Positions 40,728 through 64,000 of a DNA stretch of 64,000 nucleotides are shown here, piece by piece (the stretch's first letter is position 1; each line of letters begins with the position of its first letter). The notes below the pieces were generated by a model that had not been told where the DNA came from, did not search any database, and saw nothing but the letters and a program-made list of their open reading frames with translations. A program made the translations under genes and the position numbers. The stretch is from Octopus vulgaris (lineage: Eukaryota): positions 63,798,001 to 63,862,000 of the forward strand of contig OX597817.1 of the NCBI GenBank assembly GCA_951406725.2, given 5' to 3'.

Positions 40728-41560
40728 TTGTATTTGATATTTATCATTATATTATATTATATTATATTATATTATATTATATTATATTATATTAAATTAT
40801 ATTATATTATATTATATCATATTATATATTATATTATATTATATTATATCATATTATATTATATTATATTATATTATATTATATCATATTATATTATATT
40901 ATATTATATTATATTATATTATATTATTATAAGAATATGATATAATATAATGTTAATAAATTTTAATTGTTGAATTGACAATTGTATACCTCTATTTTCT
41001 TTCCATTTTTATATATACATACATATATATATCCAGATGTATCCAAATGCCAAAATATTTAGGATCGAGCTGTATTTGGTATGTTAAAATTATTTGACCC
41101 ATTCGCCCGTTTACGGTTGTCTTTCTGTTGAATTTTTCTGTGTTATTGATGGTTTATCAGAGGGCTTTAGCACATCTGTCTAGCAGGTAGGCACCTTATG
41201 TGGCATTACGATAAATATAAATTTTGAATTTTAATTCTATAGCTATCTAATTGTATTTAAGGCCTGCAACCACCTATATTATTCTTGTTGTTATTATTAA
41301 CTATCTATAATTACTGCAGATAGTAATAACAATGATAATATCCAAATGTAAGTGCTTGTGTGCATGTGTTTGTCCCCTCATCATCGCTTGACAACCAATG
41401 TTGGTGTGATTACGTCCCCATAACTTAGCGATCCGGCAAAAGATACCGATAAGGTAAGTACTAGGCTTACAAAGAATAAGTCCTGTGGTTGATTTCTTCG
41501 TCTAAAGGCTGTGCTGCAGCATGGCTGCAATCAAATGACTGAAACAAATAAAAGAATAAA

Positions 41561-41605
<45 letters not shown>

Positions 41606-42180
41606 CATACATATATATATATATGTACACACACACACACATACACATATTTATTCGACGAGCTTCTTTCAGTTTTCGTCTACCAAATCTGCTTAAAAGG
41701 CTTTGGTCGGCCTTAGACTATAGTAGAAGACACTTGCCTAATTGTCACGCAGAGAGACTGAACTTATATTCTTGAGTAGAGTTTCTTACCACACAGCCAA
41801 GTCTGCGCCTCAACGCAATCATGCCACACATGTGTGCTCGCGCGTGTGTGTGTATATTAACGCTTGGACTAGAAAATATCACTGAAGCCTTTTGCGAAAA
41901 AGTGGCGAAATAGTAAGAAACCGAAACGAAACACATGACGAGACCTCCTAAAATACACACAGGGAGAGGCATTTTTTCTTATGCTTACATGTACTAAGTC
42001 GTAGTTGTGGTTTACAAAATGTACCACAATAATAATTCATTTCCGTGTTTAATAATTAAGATCCTGTTGGATCGAATTGATAAAGTCATGTCTTGTTTAT
42101 CGGGTTTCATGGGAAAGAAAATATGTTTGATAAAACTGCAAGAATAGTAACAACATAGCACCAACGAGATAGATAGACAG

Positions 42181-42265
<85 letters not shown>

Positions 42266-42479
42266 ATAATTTTCAAAGCTTATAAATAATTGTGCGATAT
42301 TTCCGTCTGTCCGTGTGTTTCTGAGTGTGTGTGTGTGTGTGTGTGTGTGTGCTTGTGTGTGTGTAATCTGTACACGCACACACATACACATATATATGTA
42401 TATTTTATACATATATACGCACACACATGTACATAAATATATATATACATATATATACATGTATGTATGTATATATTTA

Positions 42480-42511
<32 letters not shown>

Positions 42512-42515
42512 CATG

Positions 42516-42587
<72 letters not shown>

Positions 42588-42615
42588 ACACACACACACA
42601 CACACACACACGCAT

Positions 42616-42653
<38 letters not shown>

Positions 42654-42781
42654 GTATATAAATATATGCCAACACGCATTCATATATGCGTACACAGACA
42701 TATGTATATTTATATATGTCTGTGTATATAAATATGAGATACGTAAAAAATTTCAACACTTGATCTTCGAAAACATCAACA

Positions 42782-42794
42782 ATGAGACTTTCGA
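42782..42794 (+). CDS. Gene B exon 1, upstream duplicate
   Basis: ATGAGACTTTCGA|GTAAGT inside the first copy of the ~1 kb tandem duplication. Confidence 0.6.
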
Positions 42795-43184
42795 GTAAGT
42801 AAGATGGGCTCTTCTCTAATTTTTCCTTCTCTTGACTTTTATCATATTTTGAAACCAGAGTATTTCACTCTGCCGCAATTGTTGCTGTTGTTTGTTCAAC
42901 GTTAAATATACGGAGTTATACGGCTCGATTCAATATTGAGCTCTATCTCTCAAACAACATATTTGCTAAAAATGACTGATCATGTAGATCTGATTGTCAT
43001 AGGCAGACCTGTGGTTTACAAAATGTACCACAATAATAATTCATTTCCGTGTTTAATAATTAAGATCCTGTTGGATCGAATTGATAAAGTCATGTCTTGT
43101 TTATCGGGTTTCATGGGAAAGAAAATATGTTTGATAAAACTGCAAGAATAGTAACAACATAGCACCAACGAGATAGATAGACAG

Positions 43185-43271
<87 letters not shown>

Positions 43272-43328
43272 ATAATTTTCAAAGCTTATAAATAATTGTG
43301 CGATATTTCCGTCTGTCCGTGTGTTTCT

Positions 43329-43363
<35 letters not shown>

Positions 43364-43493
43364 TGTGTGTGTGTAATCTGTACACGCACACACATACACA
43401 TATATATGTATATTTTATACATATATACGCACACACATGTACATAAATATATATATACATATATATACATGTATGTATGTATATATTTATATA

Positions 43494-43525
<32 letters not shown>

Positions 43526-43526
43526 C

Positions 43527-43638
<112 letters not shown>

Positions 43639-43737
43639 ATATATATATATATATATATATATATACGTATATAAATATATGCCAACACGCATTCATATAT
43701 GCGTACACAGACATATGTATATTTATATATGTCTGTG

Positions 43738-43794
43738 TATATAAATATGAGATACGTAAAAAATTTCAACACTTGATCTTCGAAAACATCAACA
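43738..43794 (+). promoter_or_regulatory. TATA box and leader of gene B (second copy at 42725-42781)
   Basis: TATATAAATA, homologous to the gene A promoter. Confidence 0.65.
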
Positions 43795-55718
<11,924 letters not shown>

Positions 55719-55959
55719 CATGCACCTAATCCGCTGATGCACCAACACCAACCTGTGATATCACAGCCCATCAACTGTCAACCATCTCGGACTTCCTCCA
55801 CCTGTATTCGAGCTTTGAAACCTTAAGTAGTACAGGGTTTGAATTAAACTGTTTTGATTCATACACGTAGCTCCCAATAAATTTTATGAGTGCCCTTGTG
55901 TTTGTCCACTCATTCGTGTGTATATATATATATATACTCCAACAAAAACACAAGCTAGA

Positions 55960-55965
55960 AATAAA
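55960..55965 (+). terminator. Putative polyadenylation signal of gene B
   Basis: AATAAA followed by a T/GT-rich tract. An alternative AATAAA lies at 55876. Confidence 0.45.
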
Positions 55966-58475
55966 GTGCTAAAATAATTTTACTAGAAATCTTTTAATGT
56001 GTTTTATTAACTATAAAATGATGTGTTTGTGTGACGATGTGTTAGAGTGCATGTAAACATGGTGAGATACATACTACTATTATTGTTATTACTAATACCA
56101 CGCAGGCCAGAGAGCTGGCAGAATCGTTAGCACTCCCGACAAAATATTGAAGTCGACTTTACAGTTCATCCTTTAGAGGTCAATAAAATATGTAACAGTT
56201 GAGTACTGGGGTTGATATAATCGACTTACCCTCTCTCCCAAAATTTCAGATCTTGTGCTTATAGCAGAAACAAATATTAGTAATAACGCATCGATAGTGA
56301 ATTGACAGAATCGTTAACACGTCGGACAAAAATGCTTAGCGGCATTTATTTCGGCTCTTCACGTTCTGGGTTCAGATACTACCGAGATCAACTTAGCATT
56401 CCATCCTTTTGGGGTCGATAAAATAAATGCCCATGAAGCACTGAGATCGATGTAACCGATTTGCTCCGCCTCTCAAAATACTGGACTTGTGCCAAATTAG
56501 AATTATTTATAATATCAGTGTAGTGGACTGGCAGAACCATTAGAGCATCGGAAAAGTGCCTTGCAACATTCGTTTCGGCTCTTTATATTTTGAGTTCAAA
56601 TCTGGCATTCATGCCTTGCGAGTAGATAAAATAAAGTAGAAATTAGAAAGAGAAGTCCATAGTATTGACTATCCACTCGTCCAAAATTTCATATCTTGGG
56701 GAGAAAACTGTAATGCAGTATTTGATTTTATGTTCAATTTGCGTTGCGGGAAACATTGCATTTTAGCCTTCAAATGTCGATAAAAGTAAGTGCCTTCTTA
56801 TGTACAGTAGTTAATTAATCGACTCGACCATTCACCCAACTTCATAGCCGTGCCAAATTCTAAAAAAAAATTGGAAAAGCTATCAAGTATAAATCGAAAT
56901 TTCTCCTGATATTTCTGGCATTTAATTTCTCCTTATATTTCTGGTATTTAATTTTGAATGAAGAGATGGATGTACGACATTTTTTCTCTAAAAATGCGTA
57001 TTACATGTGCTTCAAAATATAGAATGCTATAGCATTTAAAGTATATTGTACAACATACACAGAACAATCAAATTTAGCTCAGTTGGATAACTTCCCTTTG
57101 CAAAGCAATAAATGTTTGTTTCTTACTTATGTTTGCTTCGTCACAGATTAACACTTGGTCCAAGAGCTATTATTTGTAAGACAACTAGACACAGATACAA
57201 AAATGTAATCAGTATTTCGTTTTTGAACAGTAGCTGGAAGACCATCTATGACAGGTTATCATCGCCGCTTCATCGGTATATTAAAAATGTTATACCAAGT
57301 GTGTTTGCACATATTGCAAATAACTTTGGTGGTAGACTTAACAAATTGTTGAGCACTGTCGTCACAGAAGTAAATAAAATCAAGACACATGTTTGTTAAA
57401 GTTGATTCCTTACTGATTCAACAGTTCTACATTAGGAATGATGAAGATTTTGAATTACTGTTGTCGCATACAGTAGTTTGATGGAGAATAATGGGAAACC
57501 GCCAGAAAGTTTCTATCCTCTTTTTAAAACAGTTGTTGAATTCTTGCAAGACTCTAATTCTGTTTTTGCTTTGTTTGTTTTTTTTGCCTTTTGTTTTTGT
57601 GATGAACTAAAAAATATCAAGCAGGAATCACAAAGCTCAATGAAATTAATTTGCAACTGCAAGAAAATGGGGTTAAACCTTATCGAGGTAAAATTAGCTC
57701 TCTCCACGTTTCTCTTCAAGTTAAATTTATTCAGATGTAACATAAGCCGTCATGAGTTTTTTTAGTTTCAGAGCCTTTCTAATTTGGAAATGGAAAAGCG
57801 CATACCAGAAGATAACAATCACGTGTATTGTTCACATTTGTGTTGTTTAAGTATATTGTTCACACAGATATGTCTCTGTGCAGATATGAGCTTCACAAAG
57901 ACATATCTGACAGACTTCTGGATATTTACTTTTGTTTGAAATACCAGTCCGAGTGATTCTTAGATATCTGTAATGAGGAAACAAGAATAGCAGATAAAGA
58001 ATTGGTTTCACTTTAAAATGATACTGAGCTGAGGCCAAAGTTCAAAAACTCATATTCTGACTGGTACTCTGCTCTGTGGAACAAAGTCAAGATGTACTTT
58101 ATTGCTCTCCCAATATCATATTCAGTAGAGTACGGCTACCCAAATTCTTTCTAAGCAAATTCTTTCTAAGTAAAATTAAACTGTAAATTATTGAACGTGA
58201 GGTCTAAAACTACTTCTTAGTGTTTTTCAGCTTGATTTTGAAAAGCTGATATCTCTGCACAAAGTACATCCATTGCAGTAAAAAATGAAAGCAACGTAGT
58301 GACAAGCGGGATGTAAATTTGCTCTTTCATGTTGCTAAGATTTATTTGTGAAAAACAGTTGTTTTGAATTTCCATTAGAATTAGATCTATGTTTGTAGTG
58401 AGTGGTGGGGAACACTAGGAATGTGGTCTAGGAGTCAAGAGGCGGCAGTCTGAAAAGGTTAACAATGAAGGCCCA

Positions 58476-58790
58476 TATATGGCTATTGATATCATAGGCA
58501 TTGGCTGTTGACAACAACGACGCATACATGGCTATTGATAATAGAGGCTTTTGGCTATTGGCAACAAAGGATCATATATGGCTAGTGATAACAGAGGCTC
58601 TGGCTGTTAACAGCAAAAGCCCATATATTGCTATTTATAACAGAAGATCTGGCGGTTGGCAACAAAAGTGTATATGTGGCTATTGATGACAGAGGCTCTG
58701 GCAGTTGAAAATAAAGGCCAATGTATGGCTATTTATAACAGCTCTGACTATTGACAACAAAGGCCTATATATGGCTATTGATAACAGAAT
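58476..58790. repeat. Diverged ~45-bp minisatellite, about 7 copies
   Basis: TATATGGCTATTGATAACAGAGGCTCTGGCTGTTGACAACAAAGG-like unit. Confidence 0.85.
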
Positions 58791-59474
58791 TAAGCTTGGT
58801 GTTTAACATTTGAGTGTTCAACTAAAATGAGCGTGTATCGCAATTTGTGCATGTGTATAATGGCTGGTGTTCATATTATTGTCAGTTTTGAGCAGTTAAT
58901 TAGAAAACCATAGTTAATATTCATTGTCACTTCTTTTGCTACAGTTCATATTTTTCCAGATATTCCATTTATTCCTCCTTTATTTTGCAACGATTAAAAT
59001 AATATCCAAAACAAGTTACCAGATCTTTCCATGCGTCATCACGGAAGACCCCGATTTCATTTCAGCTGATCTAAACACAATGGAGCTGGTGATCCATTCT
59101 CCCTCTTTAAACGATCGAGAACACTTCTGTATAGACACAGAGTTATGAATTCTTATGAAGCTGACATTTCCATTTACTGGAAATCCAAGATAACAAGGAA
59201 TAATACCATTGAGATTTCGATTAAGAAAAGAACAAATCTCTGATAAACAAGAATAACACTGTATTTATTCTATTTATTTATTTATTTTTATTATTATTTT
59301 CTATCATTCTGTGAACAATAGCGTCGTGGATATGGGGTTTCCAATATGACAATGACCGGCTCGCTGCGTTTCCCGATGGCAAAAGTGATAATGGATTGTA
59401 TGTCTATGCAACACAGATTGAAAATATTACTCAATGTGTATATCGTTTGATATTGTATATCCAGATTATATATA

Positions 59475-59548
<74 letters not shown>

Positions 59549-60225
59549 ATAAGACTTCATTTTAGAATTCTCAAAAGAGTTCACTAAGTTTTCTGCCATA
59601 TATTCTGGTTCTTTGCGTACTTCAAATAGAAATAGAACTATTATATGCACACACAAACACACATACATACATTCATAAATATATATACACGCGCACACAC
59701 ATATACATACATATATATATATACTGTACTGATGACAGCAAGGGGTTTTACAACCTTAAGCCAGAAATCGATCTATAATTAACCATTTAAAAAATCTTAT
59801 TCATCAGCCCGCTTATAACCTGTGTTAATGGAGTGTAGATGTGGTATTTAGAGCCATTTGGCGTCTTGGTGCCAAATAGTTTTAGAGCCATCTGGAGTGT
59901 TGGGGAGGTTTATCTGCACCCTTTAATATAATTATATTATATAATTATATATTAGTATAAATTATTACCGGTATGGTTTTATTACACGTTGGTCACTTGA
60001 TACAATCATTAAAATGGGTTTATTCTTAATTTTGTATATATATATACATGCTACACACCTTCCTTCCAAACACTTCTGATAAACAGCGGAAGTGAGATAG
60101 AACGTTAAAACTTAGTGCGCATACAGACCAGAGTTTAAAGATCAATCTTTACCTAGCGGCTTAACTCTGCATGCTTTAGCTTTGTTACTATGGCAGCAGT
60201 CTGGATACTTATCTCAGTCCTCGTA

Positions 60226-60293
<68 letters not shown>

Positions 60294-60300
60294 TATGTAC

Positions 60301-60607
60301 TATACTGTTGTTTCTGGGGAGAGTCATTCTCTTTTGGTGCTTTATAATTTAACACACTCACCGGTTAAATTTCCACTTATTTATTTTTTTATTTTTCTAA
60401 AAGTTTCGATGCATCTTGCAACCTTTTCAGTAGTTGAAATCTTGCCAAGGTCGCCTTTGCCTTGCATCATTCTTGGGTCCATAAAATGAATACCAGTCAA
60501 GTGTAATACAATGAGGCAATAATACCCACTAAAGCTTGCGCTTAGTTTTACCGGTGAGTATGTTAAATTATGTCACCAAAAGAGAATGACTCTCTCTAGA
60601 AACAACA

Positions 60608-60612
<5 letters not shown>
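60301..60612. repeat. Inverted-repeat element in (TA)n, probably pLTR-derived
   Basis: TATACTGTTGTTTCT...CACCGGT at 60301-60366 is inverted at 60550-60612. Confidence 0.7.
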
Positions 60613-60641
<29 letters not shown>

Positions 60642-60711
60642 TTAAAAGCATGTAGTAAATAAACATACAAACATATACTAAATATACGGACGAACACAAT
60701 GCACAGAGCAC

Positions 60712-60747
<36 letters not shown>

Positions 60748-61095
60748 ATGCGCTCCCACATGACTCTCACCTTGCAAAATTCAGTTCCAAAGCATTGTAT
60801 GCGAGAACAAAAAGCTACACATTCCTATATTATTAAAAGTTGAAATATTTGAATAACTCAGTTGACTACCTTTATATTTGAGTTGAAATCTTGCCAGGGT
60901 CGCCTTTCCCTTACGTCATTCAGGGTCCATAAAATAAATACTAGTCAAGTGTAATAGAGTGAGGCAATAATAGCCGCTAAACCTTGCGCTTAATTTAGAC
61001 ATATGTAGATTTCGCTGGTGCGGAAAGAAAACTATTTTTCCCGCATTACCACGACACATATACCTTCACAGCACACGTAGATACACCCGCGAACG

Positions 61096-61144
<49 letters not shown>

Positions 61145-61571
61145 ACACATACACACGCGCGCGCATTCACGATTCCTAATTCCATAAGCCCAAACAGAGG
61201 CGTGCCTTGTTTACTACCCACTCCTAATCAACCGCTAACGAAGCAATCAACCAACAGTGGCACTCTCACGTGACAGTTACATCATCAACCGATACGAACA
61301 CCACGAGACGGCCATTGGTTGCATGTCGATAATGGTTCACTAATAAAGCTTTATTAATGTCTCTGATATTCATTCTATTATTCAACCAGAATACATAATA
61401 AATATACAGATGTGTACGCAAACATACACGCACACACAAACGTTATTTTGAAATATATATAATTCTGTCTCCTTCATTATCTCCCTTTCTCTCTCTCCCT
61501 GTCTCCCCATCTATCTCTCTTTTTCGCTCTCTGTCTTTATCTATCTATCTATCTGCCTCTATTTATCTATC

Positions 61572-61626
<55 letters not shown>

Positions 61627-63103
61627 ATCTGTATTGCGTGCATGTATACATGCATGTAGATATATATATATATATATATATAAAACTGTATATATGTATG
61701 TGTATGCGAGCGTAAGTGTGTGTGATTGCGTGGACGCGTGTTCATCAGACTGGAGTAACAGAATGAAATAGAGAGAATTTTGTGTGGTAGAGAGAAAGAT
61801 GTGGAAGGGGGAGAGAGAGGGAGGAAGAGAGAGTAGGGGATAGAAAAGAAGTCTTCATTTATCTTTGGATAATAAGGCTGTCTTCACGGCTTGTACAATT
61901 GGAAACTTAGTACCATTTATTTTCCCTTTCGGATCACCGAGTGTCAGATTCCATATAGCGACGCCAGCTAGCTTATCTTTGAAATATAATGCCTGGAAAA
62001 GAAAGGAAGAAGGAGTAATTAATGAGTGAATAAAAAAACTGTTTGTGTGTATGTATGTGTGTATGTATGTATGTCAGGTCATTTTCGAGTGCTATCCCAA
62101 TGGTTTAACTGCGCGATCGGGTATTCAGTCCGATTATTTCTACGCCCCCGCGCATGATATAGCCTTAAGACATTTATTGGATGACCGTTGACTCTCAAGA
62201 GTTCCCCCGCCCTTTGACGGGTTTTGTCTTTCATTCCGCAGGGTGTCCAATAAACACCCTCCTCACCAAGCAAGCTTGGTGGGGTTGCCGGCTTAGTCGC
62301 CGACGACCCGACCATGCAACAGTTTGTACTGGGTTACATGTTACCTAAACCATTGGGAGTGAAGGACTCCTAGTCTTTGTTAGGGCATCCTTCTAGGTGA
62401 AGGTAACTCAGGTAACTGGGATAACTCCGACATAAAACCTGCGGCTCAGAAGTTACCGATGATGTTGACTTGTTCTTCTTTTCGGATTATGGCTGCTGTT
62501 GCTTAGTGAGTGAGATTGACTCAGTGCACAGCCTTTCCTCACTTAAAAAAAAATCTTCTTGCACAGGCATTACACGATAACAACATTGATTAAGCTTCGT
62601 GCAATGTCCATACTCGATAACGAGGGGGCAGCCACCATGTATGTATGTATTCATTTGCAGGCTTCCTACAGCATTAAAAGTATTTCAACTCTTATTTCTA
62701 GGTGTAGGTGTCTTGGTACATTAAATCAAATTTAGTGACGATCGAATTTTTCTTTATGGTGTCGCATTGCTCTCTGCCATTTATATTGATATTTTGTATA
62801 TGCATTAGCATTCCGCTAAATCATCCATAGACTTCTATGGTAAAATACATATAAGAGTAAAAGAGAGTAAGAGTATATGATGACAGACGGAATTGCCCGA
62901 CATCTGCTGAGTGAACGGTCCTCACTCATGAAGCCTACGGAAATAGGCGAAACATAACGTTTAGTCTGAATGATTCTCGAGGTGGTGATGGGGCAGTTAC
63001 AACCCATGTTATCATTTGTGAGCCTCCTACAGCAGTAAGATTATTTTAACTCTTATTTCTAGCACTGTAGGTTCTTGGTACCCTTAGTAACACTTAGTCC
63101 TTC

Positions 63104-63154
<51 letters not shown>

Positions 63155-63155
63155 T

Positions 63156-63201
<46 letters not shown>

Positions 63202-63743
63202 ACAGCCAATGAACTGTTGCTACAACTCCAACAACCACTACCACCACGGTCACTATTACTACTACGACCAACAGTCTCTACTACTACTGCTATTACAGCT
63301 AAATATCACTTTCACTACTACAGCCAACGATTCTAATCAACGCACGAGACAGCCATTATGTTCCCACACATAAAACGCCACCGCGTGGACTCTCTTGAAA
63401 CTAGTAAAAAATAATTATGAACTTTTCTTTTACTACACTTAACTTTTAAAAATATATATTTTTGATAAGGTTCGTTTTTTTTTCAAGAAACGAAACATGT
63501 AAAATCTCTCAGAAAAATAAAATTTATCTTATATAGTGTGTAAATAGAATCGTTTTTCTTTGGAATAGAAAAAAAAGTCTATCTTTTATTTCTTCTTTTT
63601 CTGGTGTCACAAATTTAGGTTAAATCAGTGTTTCTCAAAGGGAAAGCCTGTGGGACGGTCGGACAAGTTGTTTTGAGAAAATGTGGTTTAAATGTTTGAC
63701 AACTCAGCACCGTCCATTGGACGGAAGGGGGGCGTTTTGCTCG

Positions 63744-63774
<31 letters not shown>

Positions 63775-64000
63775 CCTGAAGAAAACACACCTGATTACAA
63801 AAGTTCTACATGCATGAGTAAATTATAAACAATAGTACAACTTCAAAGTTAATAAAAATTATTCATGATACTTTGCCATCACAACTTACCATACAATCTA
63901 ATTATCAGTCGAGAGAATTCAGCTTAGCCTTGAAAATTTTAAATTAGCAGTTAAGACAGACAGACAGACATATAGATAGATAGATAGATAGATAGATAGA

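Noticed and set aside
56890-58461. piggyBac remnant (ends AAAAGGTTAA, Cys-rich fragment)
   Set aside because: I could not find a matching second TIR or clear catalytic motifs.
59294-59430. Minus-strand exon containing IGKRS
   Set aside because: No other similarity to genes A or B and no partner exons; a chance match.

Overview
AT-rich, microsatellite-dense eukaryotic DNA. Its tRNA-derived SINEs look like the octopod families, so it is probably Octopus (inference). Nearly all supplied ORFs are microsatellite or transposon artefacts. Hidden among the repeats are two tandem, plus-strand, 4-exon paralogous genes for a small secreted 4-Cys protein that I cannot name. Gene A has exons 17647-17659, 24945-25114, 27259-27730 and 29861-30018 (270 aa). 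Gene B has exons 43795-43807 (duplicated at 42782-42794), 46742-46914, 51943-52024 and 55561-55718 (141 aa). In gene A a 39-nt unit straddling the exon 3/intron 3 junction is present in 11 copies, and the GT donor is destroyed in every copy but the last. This inserts ten in-frame SPSKSYSEII-GKR cassettes, giving a prohormone-like array of amidated peptides built from an exon-intron boundary. The window also holds about a dozen Penelope-type minimal hammerhead ribozyme motifs, including G3:C8 and U3:A8 covariant cores. Other elements: a complete hAT/Buster element, two ORF1-only L1/Tx1-like retroelements, Helitron, mariner, RTE, R4/Dong and Penelope remnants, and a composite 10-bp-periodic satellite.
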